Below are positions 41,478-56,024 of a DNA stretch of 64,000 nucleotides, piece after piece. Source of the stretch: Eledone cirrhosa (Eukaryota); NCBI GenBank assembly GCA_964016885.1, contig OZ024745.1:21700001-21764000 (forward strand), in the 5' to 3' direction. The translations under genes were made by a program, and so were the position numbers. The notes under the pieces were generated by a model. The model saw only the letters and a program-made list of their open reading frames with translations. It did no database searches and was not told the DNA's origin. How positions within the stretch are numbered: the stretch's first letter is position 1; every line of letters starts with the position of its first letter.

Positions 41478-42505
41478 ATTTATTTATTGACCACAAGGGC
41501 TGACATCAAGAAAAACATTACAGACGGCACAGAACGGTACGATGTGGGTTTTATGCGTGTAAAGATTTTTATTATTTATATAAGAAAAGAAAAAGAAAAA
41601 GACAAAAACATATATATATATAAACAATAAAAATGAAAAATGAAACAATGAAAAATTCCCCAATAGGGGGGAAACCTCCGAGGGTTACTCGTGGCGAAAA
41701 CCACACAAAAGACCACGGCCACAATGACCACCAGGGCAAACCCCCTCTCTCAATATTTCAATTTCTCAAACTACAGGCGTATATTCAGAGCGGTCCCGTT
41801 CACTCGGACTATTCTCGCTATGAAAACCGCCTGCCCTTCCTCCTCGAAGGAAACGGCGAGACCATCTGCACAATGGACTCAGTCGATAACTGGATCAGTC
41901 CTACACGCGACAGCAACTGTTTGACATAGCTCCACAAGTCAGCAATGCTCGGGCACTGAACGAGTGCGTGCACGACGGTTTCGTCGCTCTGTGCGCATCT
42001 CGTACAGGCTCGGCTGACGGCACTTCGTGCCTGTAGAGCTTATCTCGAACCGGCAACGCTCCCGGTAGCACTGCCAGGCCAGGGATTTTGGGAAGTTATC
42101 CATAGGCCCTGGGCTGAACGTTTCCGGAAGAGAGCAAACAGCTGATCTTCTTCGACGCCCAGGATCTCTCCGAGAACGTCGTCGCTCTTTCCCTCCACTA
42201 GTCCTCTATAGAACGCCGAGGTGGATGTTCCACCGATACTGGTGCCTAGCTGGCAGAGGGCGGTGAACGCCCGGAGACATTCCAGTTTCCAAGCGCTATC
42301 CCTCGGTCTTTTCCTGACCCAGGACTGCAGCTCCGTCAAGGAGACGAGCTGTGGGAAAATGTGCCTGGCGAACGGCGACCACACTTGTTCACCGTCAAGG
42401 AAGCACCAGATATGTCGCAGTCTCAGCGCATGTTTGCGCATCATCAGCCATGGCATGCCGAGTCCTCCACGCAACCGGCGTTGACAGCAGATGGATCGTC
42501 TGACC
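41478..42505 (-). mobile_element. Tx1-clade LINE 3' part (ATT-tailed subfamily), internally deleted
   Basis: VRRSICCQ..GGLGMPWLMMRKHALRLRH; UTR ends CCCTTGTGGTCAATAAA + (ATC/ATT)n. Confidence 0.88.
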
Positions 42506-42512
42506 AATAATA

Positions 42513-42860
42513 ATTGTTTCTACTTTAGGCACAAGGCCAGCAATTACCCAGTACATTACTGGTACTTTATTTTATCGACCCCGTAAGGATGAAAGGCAAA
42601 GTTAACCTCGGCGGGATTTGAACTCAGACTGTAAAGGGACGTAACTATGCTAGAAAACATGGCGTCCAACCCTCTACTGTCCAACCCTCTACCGTCCAAC
42701 CCTCTACCGATACTGCCAATTCACCGTCTGACCAATAATAATAATAATAATAATAATAATTGTTTCTACTTTAGGCACAAGGCCAACAATTACCCAGTGC
42801 ATTACTGGTACTTTATTTTATCGACCCCGTAAGGATGAAAGGCAAAGTTAACCTCGGCCG
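42513..42860 (-). mobile_element. Two SINE copies; the first (42513-42724) is bracketed by a target-site duplication
   Basis: CGTCTGACCAATAATAAT occurs at both 42497 and 42725. Confidence 0.85.
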
Positions 42861-43363
42861 GAATGGTTTGTAATTTAGGCACGAAAACCGACACAATCTC
42901 ACTGGCATGTGGTGTTCATTGGGAAAGCATTTGTGTATGTAAAAATATGAAGATGAACGAGGAAAATATATCTACACACACACATACACACACGCACACA
43001 CACACACACATATACACATAAATATACAGTATATATATATATATATAGAGAGAGAGAGATATTGTGTGTGTGTATATGTCTGAAAATGGGTATATTATTA
43101 AGAAAGATGAATTTTAATAAATTACAAGTATCATTCTCTCCTTTGACCCTCGAAATATTTTCATATTATCAACTGATAATGATTTCCAAGTAATATAAGA
43201 TTTGTATAATTCTAAGAACCGCATCAACAAGGATTAAATCTCTCAGTAAATCTTGATATATGGGAAGTTTATCTATAATGTAATCAAATGGCTAGTATAC
43301 TGAAAGTTGACTCGTCTTAAATCTTGAGACGGAGATCGGTACAGAACAACATATATTAAAGCA

Positions 43364-43790
43364 ATGAATTATTTGAAGAATTTTAAACTTAACAGGAAAT
43401 TTTTCGACAGGCACAACGTTAAACTCAGTTTTAGCGCAATCCCTAACTTCAAATCCACGATAACCAGTAATACACCACTGCTCACGCTAGCCAGATGCTC
43501 AGGTGGGATCAGAAATACATGTCCACGAATAGTGTTATGTAAGGCAGAGGACATAGTCTACGATGTAATAGCGAAATTGTCAAACCCTGACCGCACCAAC
43601 AATCTCAAGCGATACATCTGTCTTACCGTGCGACAATTTAAAGAAAGCTACAGCAACCACATGGCGACCTTCCAAAAACAGGAAATTAAATACACGACCA
43701 AGTTCTCCAGCCATGTATGGAAGCAAAAATATGGTTTACTGATTGAATGAGCTGGAGGACAGCGGAAAGACGTAAACCCTACTTCAATGA
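43364..43790 (+). pseudogene. Decayed Penelope-like GIY-YIG endonuclease (different lineage from the 9.1 kb copy)
   Basis: FDRHNVKLSFS..PN, CP...C...IVY, RYICLT..FKE.YSNH..F, T.FSSHVW. Confidence 0.75.
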
Positions 43791-43978
43791 TTCGCCACGC
43801 ATTTTATATCTATATCTATATCTCTCTCTCTTTCTCTATCTATCTATATCTATCTCTCTCTCTTTCGCTTTCTCTCTCTAGACACACACACACACACACA
43901 CAGTTTTATATGTATGTATATATATGTACGTGCGTGTCTGTGGTAAGATTATGCATAAGGCTGGAGGGTATATGTATG

Positions 43979-44023
<45 letters not shown>

Positions 44024-44035
44024 GTATGTATATAT

Positions 44036-44083
<48 letters not shown>

Positions 44084-44459
44084 TCATAAATGGAAAGATT
44101 ATTGATAGGACGGGTGTGACATAAGTACGAAATGATGGTTTGATTGATGTGTGTATATGTATGTTTGAGTGTGTCAACGAATGATTCTGTGTGTGTCTGA
44201 ATGTGTATATACGTGTGTGGACGTATTGGGATTGGGCATAGTAGGAGAGCAATTAATTAGTGATAATATCATATCCCCCAGCTAATACAGTGATGGTGTA
44301 TATGTTAGTGTATTAATGTGGGTGTATATGTTAGTGTATTAATGTGGGTGTATATGTTAGTGTATTAATGTGGGTGTATATGATTGCGAAACACACATAC
44401 AAACATTAGATATACGCGCGTGTGATTTTGTATGTGTGAATAGCCGTTCAAACACGCGC

Positions 44460-44557
<98 letters not shown>

Positions 44558-44622
44558 ACGCACACACACACACACACACGTATATATATATATATATATA
44601 TATACGAGAGAGAGAGAGAGAC

Positions 44623-44654
<32 letters not shown>

Positions 44655-44901
44655 GGTGGTGCGTCGATACAGAGGGATATGTATAAATCCACTCATGTAT
44701 TTATACACACACATACATATATATATAATATAATATATATATATATATATATACAGACATTACAATTATACGCAAAGACATACGCGCACGAAACTCTACA
44801 GCCATCATACATCACTTGTCGAAGTAGAAAATACAGGTTGATGGGTGCGTGTGAACCTTCGGATGTTACACATATACATGCATTCACACACACACCCTGA
44901 C

Positions 44902-45005
<104 letters not shown>

Positions 45006-45032
45006 TTATATATATGTGTATGTGTGTATATG

Positions 45033-45138
<106 letters not shown>

Positions 45139-45181
45139 ATATATATATATATGTATATATTTATATATATGTGTATGTGTG

Positions 45182-45235
<54 letters not shown>

Positions 45236-45534
45236 TATATACATATATATATATATACGCGTCAGTGTGTGTGTGTGTGTTCTTGTGAGTGCTTCTGTGT
45301 GTGTGAATGTGATTGAGTATAAGTATATATATATACATATATATATATATATAAATAAATATATATATATATATATGCATGCATATATATATATAGATAT
45401 TTATTTATTTATATATATATATATATGTATGTATGTATATATATATACTTATACTCAATCACATTCACACACACACTGAGTCCAGAAATAGCCGTCGAAA
45501 CGGCTTGAGCTCTGCCGTCGGGGTCATACTTTTT

Positions 45535-45591
<57 letters not shown>

Positions 45592-46019
45592 CGCCAGTGA
45601 CCAGTAATTGTCTCAACTAACGTGTCAATAGACATACCGTTATAAAACCTATCCCATTTGTCAATGTTACAGCCACATAGCAAATTGGTGCTTCTAATTT
45701 GTTCGGCTGTTTATCACAATCGTGTATTTGGCAAAAGAACTGGAAATTAATCGATTCACACATCGCTCCTTAGAGTTGGTAACTGCGTCCAACTTATTTC
45801 GATCTTTCCATCTATATATCAATTTATCAATCAATCAATCAATTAATCTGTCTATCTATCTATCTATTTACCTATCTGTATTTCCTACTCTCTCTTTCTC
45901 CCCCACTTTCTTCCCCTCTCTGTCTCTGTCTCGATATATGCATTTATCAAACTCTCTCTCTCTATATATATATATATGTATATATATACATATATATATA
46001 TATATATAAATATATATAA

Positions 46020-46121
<102 letters not shown>

Positions 46122-46919
46122 AGAGAGAGAATGAGAGTGAGAGAGATTTATATTTACCAATATATCTATCTTCGAACAAGAACATTAATAACAACAAAGC
46201 AGGAATCCCAAAAGCAATCTGAAGATAGATAGATACATATATAGAACAAAATTATCGTTATCTAGTGGAAGAAAATTATTATATCTGATTTAAATGAATG
46301 AAAAATCAAATGCAGCAATGACCAGTGTGATATTTGGGACAGGGTCAGATGTAATCAAACTTTCTAATGTCTTGACATTGAGCGTTGTAATCAAGGAATT
46401 ATCATTTGTTTACTATAACATCCGTCTTTTTTGACCGGTACTATTCTAGAATGTAAATATTGCCAAAGGCGAAAACTCATAAGGAATTGAAAATAACGGT
46501 AATTTTCGTGGGAATAATGAAAGTTTATTGAATTGTAAATATAACAATTGTTTGAAAAATAAATTAGTAAAGATAAATTATTTACAACCTTATTGTTGGA
46601 ATGTATAAACAATACGTACATGAAAAATTATATTTATTTTTGCAAAAATCTAAAATAAATTGACAATTTGCAGGGGCAACTCCACTATTTGGAGTGGCTA
46701 TTCCAACGCGCCTCCCTCGCCATCCTCTGGGGTAACGTTACCTTTATTCTGACCAGTGGGACCATGATGTGGCCTGCACAAGGGCCCTGAAGCACCAAAA
46801 AGCGCTACCCCACATTGTTCGAACCCGCATCACTAAGATGAATTAGTAGATAGAAATTCGATCACCTTTATGGAAATATTCTAATATAATTCATTTCTCT
46901 CTGTGCGTCTCCAATTAAA

Positions 46920-47480
46920 TGTACTCGAATTACTGGTGCTGTATTTTATCGACCACGTAAGGATAAAAAGCAAAGCTATCCTCGGCGGGGTTTGAACTCA
47001 GAACGTAAAGAGCCGTAACTCTATGCCACAAAGCATGTCGTCCGACGCTCTACCAATACTGCCAATAATTATGGTTTCTGAGTTAGGCACAAAGCCAACA
47101 ATTGCTGGGGAAAAGGAAAGTCGATAAATCGACCACATTGTATTACTGGTACTTTATGTTATCGACCCCTTAATGAGGAAAGGCAAAGCTAACCTCAGCG
47201 GGATTTGAACTGAGAGAGCAGAGAGTCGGAACAAATTTCATAAAGCTTTCTATCCAACGTTCTAACGACTCTGCCAATTGAATAATAATAATGGTTTCTT
47301 ATATAGGCACAAGGCCAGAAATTATCTCAGTGCATTACTGGTACTTTATTTTATCGACCCCGTAAGGATGAAAGGCAAAGTTAACCTCGGCAGGATTTGA
47401 ACTCAGCCCGTAAAGAGACGTAACTCCATGCTGGAAAGCATGGCGTTCGACTCTCTACCGATGCTGCTAATCCATCGCCC
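46920..47480 (-). mobile_element. Tandem SINE trimer
   Basis: Three head-core(-tail) units, joined near 47065 and 47281. Confidence 0.85.
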
Positions 47481-47938
47481 ATTATGATAATAATAATAAT
47501 CTATATAAGGAAATATATGAAATAATAAATATATATATAATAAATATATATATATATATCTGATAAAATGAGACGCAACAAGATATTAAATAAACAGATC
47601 TCGTAAAATTCATAATAAAAATATATGGTATGAAATATACAATACAAAACATATAACACAAATATGAAATATAAGCAGGTATGCCATAAACAGTATGCTC
47701 ATATCCTGCACATATAATTCTCATATAATGCCTATCTACCTCATATAATTCATCTAGAAGTACATAAACACATACCCACACACATTCACACTCAAACACT
47801 TACGCACACTCATATACACATACACAAATACACACGAAGATAAAAACACAGACGCGCATATATTTTGTAATTATATATTCATAATTATATATCTACACAC
47901 ATTCTCACACGCATATCTATCTCTTTATATATATGTAT

Positions 47939-48025
<87 letters not shown>

Positions 48026-48196
48026 CATATATATATATATATATATGTACACACATACATATATATGAATATATTTATATATATGTATATATCTCTCTCT
48101 ATATATATATATTTATATATGTGTATATTATAAATATATATATATATATATATACATACGAATATATGTATACACATATATATGTATATATAATAT

Positions 48197-48268
<72 letters not shown>

Positions 48269-48390
48269 GTGTATATTATATATATATATACATATACATA
48301 CATATATATATATACATACATATATATATATTCATATATGTATATATATATATTATATATGTGTATTATATATATATATTACATATCTAT

Positions 48391-48467
<77 letters not shown>

Positions 48468-48970
48468 TATATATATATATATAAAGGCAAATATATTTCG
48501 CGACCATATATAAGCACACACACACATTCTGAGACACGCACTATTTCAAGAACATGTTCGCACATGTAAGTACATATACACTTCTTTACGCTTTTATACA
48601 CACATACTCGCCCACAACGAACCACATACCAGATAATTAAATACAATATATAGAAACACGTGTAAAAATCTGTATAATAAAATATAGGAGATAAATATAT
48701 TAAACATGAGTATAAGAGGAGACGAGAGAGACTATTAAATAAATTAAAACATTTCTCAAAATCCACAAAATCTAGAAATATCATACAATATATAACACAA
48801 GACATTCAGCTATATATCAATGCTAGAATTTTCAGGTTATACAATATCTATCAGAAGTATTTCATATATGATATGTCTATATATATATACTGTATCTATG
48901 CACACACGCACGCCCGCGCACACGCACGCACACACGCACGCACACACACACACACACACACGCACACACG

Positions 48971-49002
<32 letters not shown>

Positions 49003-49094
49003 CATATAGATAAGTTTATCCCGGGTTCAATCGGGGGTAATCACAGTAAGTAATGTACTCAATACATAGCAGAGTATAAATATTTAATATAGAA

Positions 49095-49179
49095 ATGGCT
49101 TCTACAGGACTAGGACTGTTTCATTCGGGAGAAATCTGATTTCTCCCGAATGATACACTTCTAGTCTTGTAGAAGCCAT
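49095..49179. repeat. 85-bp hairpin of two hammerhead 3'-halves; left arm continues to about 49010
   Basis: ATGGCTTCTACAGGACTAG..GTTTC-ATTCGGGAGAAATC-T-GATTTCTCCCGAAT-GATAC..CTAGTCTTGTAGAAGCCAT. Confidence 0.85.
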
Positions 49180-49682
49180 ATATACATGTTCACATTTATT
49201 ATGGCTAAGATGTGTCATGTTACACTAGAGTTTTACCTGAACACTAGTTCGTCATAATAAATGAATATTTAAACACTACTTCGGTATTGAGTACGCTTTT
49301 TTCTCATTCATCACTTCACACGTATATATAGAGATAGAACCAGTTTAAAACTTGTTAGACCATTACCTGACAGTGTACTCGATATTTCGGGTAGTAGAGT
49401 ATGAGTATATTCCTCGCTGATGAAGCTACTCTTTGCAAATTACATAATGCTTTATAGCATTACCTAGCTTCTGTGTAAGCTAGCTCTATATGGACTGTCT
49501 TCCTAAGGAAGACGGTGAGACGGATCTAGAATATTGGGACTAATAATTGGTGTTTACAGAAACCCTATCTATTAGTCAATATATTGATTTATCATGATCA
49601 GTTAACCCCCTGAAATGATCGTAAATCAAGGAATTAGTTAAGAACCTAATTCCGACTTTAGTTTTATTCTCCTTGTTCAAAA

Positions 49683-49748
<66 letters not shown>

Positions 49749-49876
49749 TATATATATATGTGTGTGTGTGTATTTTAATTCAAGTGACTAACCAAAGAAT
49801 ATACATACATACATACATACATACATACATACATACATACATACATACATACATACATACGTTCATACATACATAC

Positions 49877-49909
<33 letters not shown>

Positions 49910-50134
49910 TATGTGTGGTTGTGTGTGTTTGTATGTACAGATAGAGAGGGGGGGGGGGCAATGGGAAGGTTGACAGATGAAAGAATAAGAGAAAGGTGTG
50001 TGTGTGGTGGCCAGGTATGTACATGATGATATGTAATTTATATGTAATATATATATTTACATAGTTTTATATACATTCAAGATGTTCATCGTAATGTCGG
50101 CTTCCTACTACTAGATACAATATTGTCTGCTGAT

Positions 50135-50160
50135 CCTACTACTACTACTACCATTACAAG

Positions 50161-50212
<52 letters not shown>

Positions 50213-50291
50213 GCTGCTGCTACTATTACTACTACTACTGCTATTACTGCTACTACTACTACTGCTGCTACTACTATTACTACTGCTGCTG

Positions 50292-50351
<60 letters not shown>

Positions 50352-50435
50352 ATGCTGCTGCTGCTACTATTACTACTACTACTGCTATTACTGCTACTAC
50401 TACTACTGCTGCTACTACTATTACTACTGCTGCTG

Positions 50436-50498
<63 letters not shown>

Positions 50499-50545
50499 AC
50501 ATCACCACCATCATTAATACTACTACTGCTGCTGCTACTACTAAG
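50135..50545. repeat. (TAC/TGC/TAT)n array with an internal duplication
   Basis: The same variant pattern occurs twice. Confidence 0.93.
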
Positions 50546-50702
50546 TCAATGATATATATATATATTTATATATATCATTGACTTAGTAATAGTAGTAATA
50601 GTAGTAGTAGTAGTAGTAGTATATATAAATGTGTGTGTTTGTGTGTGTGTGTCTGTGTGTGTGTTTGTGTGTGTGTGTGTGTGAGTGTGTGTGTGTTTGT
50701 GT

Positions 50703-50797
<95 letters not shown>

Positions 50798-51177
50798 AGT
50801 GTGTGTGTGTGTAGTTGTACTATTAGTTGATATATGTATGAGACATCAGAATATGACTATCTGCTCGCCACACGTTTAGTGTGAAATAAGGTAGATAGTG
50901 TATATAAGTGACAGCCTCTTACCTCATACTGTAGCCTTCCCCTTCCTTTCTTTAACTGTGATGATGGAATCGAGATATTTATTTGGTATAATCAGAAGTT
51001 TTAGCTTCCAGTCATGCGCATGTCATATTTTATTACACACTAAACCCTCCATTTTGCAATGATAGGCGTACACCTTAGTGAGTAGTCACAGAAGCATGTA
51101 TATGTATGTAAGTATGTATATATGTATATATGTATGTATCAACGTATGTATGTATATATGTATGTATGTATGTATGT

Positions 51178-51636
51178 AGGTTCTTCTGGTTTTATAATTT
51201 CACAATTTTTTCCAAATAAAGAGAGAGTCGGTTTCTAACATAGACAGAAGACTCTCTCATTGGAATTTACACAACATCAACTAGGTAGATATGTATGTAT
51301 GTGTAGATATGGATGTTATTGTATGTGTGGATGTGGATGTTTTGAGTTGTATGTGTGCATGTGTATATGCTTTGTATCTGTACATGTGTATATGCAGATA
51401 TTAGATGCACAAGTTTTGGAATGTTTTACATATTTTTACTGTTCCATTAATGGATTGTACTTGTAATTTCCTAACTAGTTGTGTTATTTCTGTTCCTGGG
51501 AGGCCTAGCTTCTCAAGATTTGTATTGAGGCAGTTACTAACATACCCCAGTGCCCCAATAATCACAGGCATAAATCAGGGTGGAGTATCTGCAGTTTTCT
51601 CATCAGTTCTGCTTAAATATTATCCTTTTCGCTAAT
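51178..51636 (-). mobile_element. 3' end of a second RLE-type (R4-like) retrotransposon, in (CATA)n
   Basis: Minus-strand translation (missed by the ORF track): KDNI*AELMRKLQILHPD / MPVIIGALGYV..LEKLG..RKLQVQSINGTVKICKTF. The UTR runs into (CATA)n. Confidence 0.7.
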
Positions 51637-51673
51637 GTACGTATGTATGTATATATGTATGTATCTCTGTGCA

Positions 51674-52176
51674 GTCCTGCAGGACTTTGGACATCCTGTA
51701 GGACTAAAAACAAAACCTGTCAAAGGGCAAAGAAGCTCTTAAGAGTCAATGGCCGTCCAAAATCACCGGGAGAGATGTCCCCTTAGCCTTACTCAAGGCA
51801 GAATTCTAGGAGAAGGAAAACTCTGAAATAAGACATGCAACTCGGATGGTATCCAATGATGTTGACTTGTTCTTCCTTTTGGTAAATATCATCTTGGTTA
51901 AGAGAGTGGGACTGGCTTTGTGCAGTGCCTTTGCTCACTATAAAAGCTTCACGGCACAGGCATTGCTTTATATCTGGAGATCTCTCTGCACTTGTCGTCA
52001 CATGGTACCATGGGCCCAGCACTATGTGTCAATAATTGTCACAAGTGTAGTGTTTGTACCAGAGTTTTCAAGTCGCTGGCTGGACTAAAAAGTCACACTC
52101 GTTCAGCGCTTCGTTAGGGGTTCTCCTACATGGATATAAAGTAGTGGCCGTACTCGAAAACGAGTTGGCAGCCACC
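51674..52176 (+). mobile_element. Bipartite non-autonomous RTE-like element with an 11-bp TSD
   Basis: TSD ATCTCTGTGCA at 51663-51673 and 52177-52187. RTE-like 5' UTR motif CTAGGAGAAGGAAAACTCTGA. Residual HKCSVCTRVFKSLAGLKSH at 52040-52096. Confidence 0.7.
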
Positions 52177-52300
52177 ATCTCTGTGCAAGATATTTTACAT
52201 CATTGGCTGGGCTAAAAAGCCACATTCGATTGCAACGGTCACCGGTTCAGCAGAAATTGAAAATTGGAATTGGTGCTCTGAAATAGCAATATATATATAT

Positions 52301-52640
52301 AAATTGGTGCTCTGAAATAGCGATATATATAATGTATTTTGCAATACACTGTAGGCTTAGTTTCTGATTATTACTGGAATTCTATAAGAATCCAACACAC
52401 ATAATTTTCAGCAAACAGGAGCGGCAGTGAATTATGATAAGTACCAAAAAGTACGAAACCGAGCTCTGTCCGTTTATCTCCCCTGTTTGCTGAAGATTTA
52501 AACAAGTGACATTGTCACTATTTTAAAACAATAGCGTATGGTCTTCAAAATGCTTTTAATTAAGCATACAGTGTATTGCAAAATACACTATATATACATT
52601 CATATATATATCGCTATTTCAGAGCACCAATTCTAATTTT
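52301..52640. repeat. Fold-back element with nested inverted repeats and decayed hammerhead-like motifs
   Basis: Outer pair AATTGGTGCTCTGAAATAGCGATATATAT..GTATTTTGCAATACACTGTA and its reverse complement; inner pair TCAGCAAACAGG/CCTGTTTGCTGA. Confidence 0.8.
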
Positions 52641-52847
52641 ATATATAAAATTGTAAGTTTGAAGAATTATTAGATAAAATATAATATAATTTCCGCGGAA
52701 AATAGTGTGTATCATTTGTCTATTATTTCTTCCTAGTTACATTTTAAACTTATAGCCTCGTTTAAATGATTATTTATATGGTTGATTTCTACGGACTAGG
52801 GAGAGGAAAGACTGTTTATATTTTATCTAATAATTCTTCAAACTTAC

Positions 52848-52979
<132 letters not shown>

Positions 52980-53009
52980 CCACACACGCACACACACACA
53001 CACGCACAC

Positions 53010-53143
<134 letters not shown>

Positions 53144-53321
53144 ATATATAAATATTGTTATACTTGGGGAAGGTCATAATGTTGTAATAATATTGCCAGA
53201 AATAATAACAGAACACACTCACTGTTTGGTTGGTTTTCGCTTCTGTATCTTTTATATCTCCATAGTTATTTTATTTGGCAATCAACGTTTATCATTGATT
53301 GACCAATGGTTAAAATTACAG

Positions 53322-53367
<46 letters not shown>

Positions 53368-53802
53368 GACGTAAAATAAGAGAATTATGAAAATTGACTT
53401 ACTAAAATTTCACTCCAACTAATTAGTTTCTGTAATTGAACTACAAAGTTACTAAGACTAAACCTATATATTTGCTAGCATAGGTATGCATCTGTATACA
53501 TATGTTGGTAGATATACTAATTCTTTATATATATATAATAAATATTTGCTCTACGGTCCTTATATATTTGATATATATTTTCCTTATCGAGCCCTCTTTG
53601 GATTTTAGTCTTCAATTTTATTATTATTACTATATATATATATATATATATATATAGTCTATCAAAGTACAACAATATTTGTTTCGACACACGATTTCAT
53701 ATCAAAAACCTTACAAAACAAATTCATACACCCACACACATATATATATATATATACACCCACACATATATATATACAAATTCATACACAAATTCATACA
53801 CC

Positions 53803-53861
<59 letters not shown>

Positions 53862-54015
53862 ATTAGCCGTCGAAACGGCTTGAGCTCAGCTGTCGGGGTC
53901 TTACTGGTTCCTATTACCCACTCTACTACCTCAAGTATTGAGTACTTTGGTGCGTTATGGTCCACCTGGTTCCTTACCACATTTCCTTCGTTATATATGT
54001 ATATATATATATATA

Positions 54016-54075
<60 letters not shown>

Positions 54076-54078
<3 letters not shown>

Positions 54079-54918
54079 TGCCAACCTAGACACGTTAAAA
54101 TAAATATTCCCTACAACTTAGCCAAGAGAATCTGTACTATAGTCTCCAATAAAAACACCTGTTACTTATGGCTACAAGAACTAAAGGACAGACTCATAGG
54201 CAGGGACTACCCTGCATCACTATTTGACAATGGAATCCAACGTGCCCTAAAACTCAGTACCCAGGACCTTAGACACCCTAAAGTAAATCAACCGAAACTA
54301 AAATCTCTTCCATACATCTCCACACACAACCCCCTCAACAATGAGGCCTTTGACACCATCCTCCAGAACATCCCTGTGTTAAAAAAGGACCATAGAATGA
54401 ACCAAATCCTTCGAACACACGATATCATAAAGAGCAAAAGACAATTTAAGTCAATTAAAAACATCCTAACACATGCCAAAGTACTGCCAACCACAACAAC
54501 GAAACCCACAGTAAAAAAATGCGATAGACCCAACTGTGGCATATGCATCAAGCTAATAGAGGGTTCGGAATTCTATTTCAAAGAAGGACAACGTTTTATA
54601 GTAAAACACAATTTCACATGCGCATCAGAAAATCTAATATATGTATTAACTTGCTCAGGTTGTCGAGAACAATACATAGGCCAGACTAAAAACAGCCACC
54701 GCTAACGCATGACTGTCCATAGATCCCAAATTAAAATACGAGAATACAGAAAAATACCACTGAGTGAACACATTAATACCTGTGCCGCCCAAAATCATCC
54801 CAACTTTAGAATCTTTCCCCTCTACAAATTTAAAGATAATGCCACCCACACCCAGCGCATCAGCAAGGAATCTCACTTTATTAACAAATACGGACCCCGT
54901 CTAATCACTTCTCCCTAA
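54076..54918 (+). pseudogene. Penelope-like element C-terminus + GIY-YIG, disrupted
   Basis: NIPYNLAKRICTIVS, CDRPNCGIC, NLIYVLTCSGCREQYIGQT. Stop near 54703. Starts directly after (TA)n. Confidence 0.88.
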
Positions 54919-55726
54919 GACGAACCCACAACATACACTCGTCAACATACATACCTACATCAGCATACATCCTACATACATTTCTATCCACATATAAACA
55001 CAATGACATACGTAACACACATGTTCTATGGTGCAACACAAATATACACAAATTTGCATACATTTTGATGTCTATAGATATAAACGTGCCGACACACACA
55101 CATACATATACGCACACATGCATTGCACACTGATGGGCACATACATATTTGTACACAAATATTCCCATACGGCAGGGCCTAATGGATTCCCCTTGCAGTA
55201 CGTACAATCTGGACACTCACACACACCTTGGTGTTATGACAATACTATACATCATTTCACCTCTTTTATTATTAATGTTTTGATGTTCTTTTGAGAGAAT
55301 CGTTTTTGCAAATTACTGAAAATATCGAATAATGTACATCATTTTTACCAGTATCACAAAAATACTGGTCCATCCACACTCACACACGCACATACACACA
55401 CACATACACATATATACACACACACATATATACACACACACATACACACGCGTACAATAACATACAAACAGACATATACACACACACACACACACACACT
55501 TCTCCGTATAAGACAAGAGCTGAAAAATATCTTTCAACATGTTAAAATATCCTCCACACACGTACAGAAACATTCCTACTGACCGAATCCCTCTACCACG
55601 AACCACTCTGCTACACACACGCACACATATTTGTCTTAATAGACACCTGAACTGTTTACCTTTCAACATGACTGCAATTCACAAACACATCCCTACTAAC
55701 CATTATCACAACAATGAATCTCTTTA

Positions 55727-55814
<88 letters not shown>

Positions 55815-55885
55815 TTGTCTTAAAAGACTTATTTTTCAGTGACTTCTCAATCAGGTGAAGAAGGACACTCTTCGACAAACCTACA

Positions 55886-56024
55886 TTTGGCGCAAAATCA
55901 ATTTTTAACATTCACGTGACCTCTACTGACCAATCAAAATTGTTTTGACTACAAGAATTTTTGCAACACGAATTGGCGCGAAATTTATAGTACTCATTCA
56001 CGTGACATTCAACAACCAACCAAA
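55886..56024. promoter_or_regulatory. Duplicated module of E2F-like, E-box and CCAAT-like motifs
   Basis: TTGGCGC(A/G)AAA, TTCACGTGAC and ACCAA(T/C)CAAA each occur twice, about 86 bp apart. Confidence 0.35.

Noticed and set aside
49400-49540. CTGATGA plus downstream hairpins as a hammerhead
   Set aside because: No GAAA closes a stem II (GAGAC instead); at most a remnant.
51405-51635. Plus-strand 76-aa ORF as a host exon
   Set aside because: The opposite strand encodes a recognisable RLE retrotransposon C-terminus.
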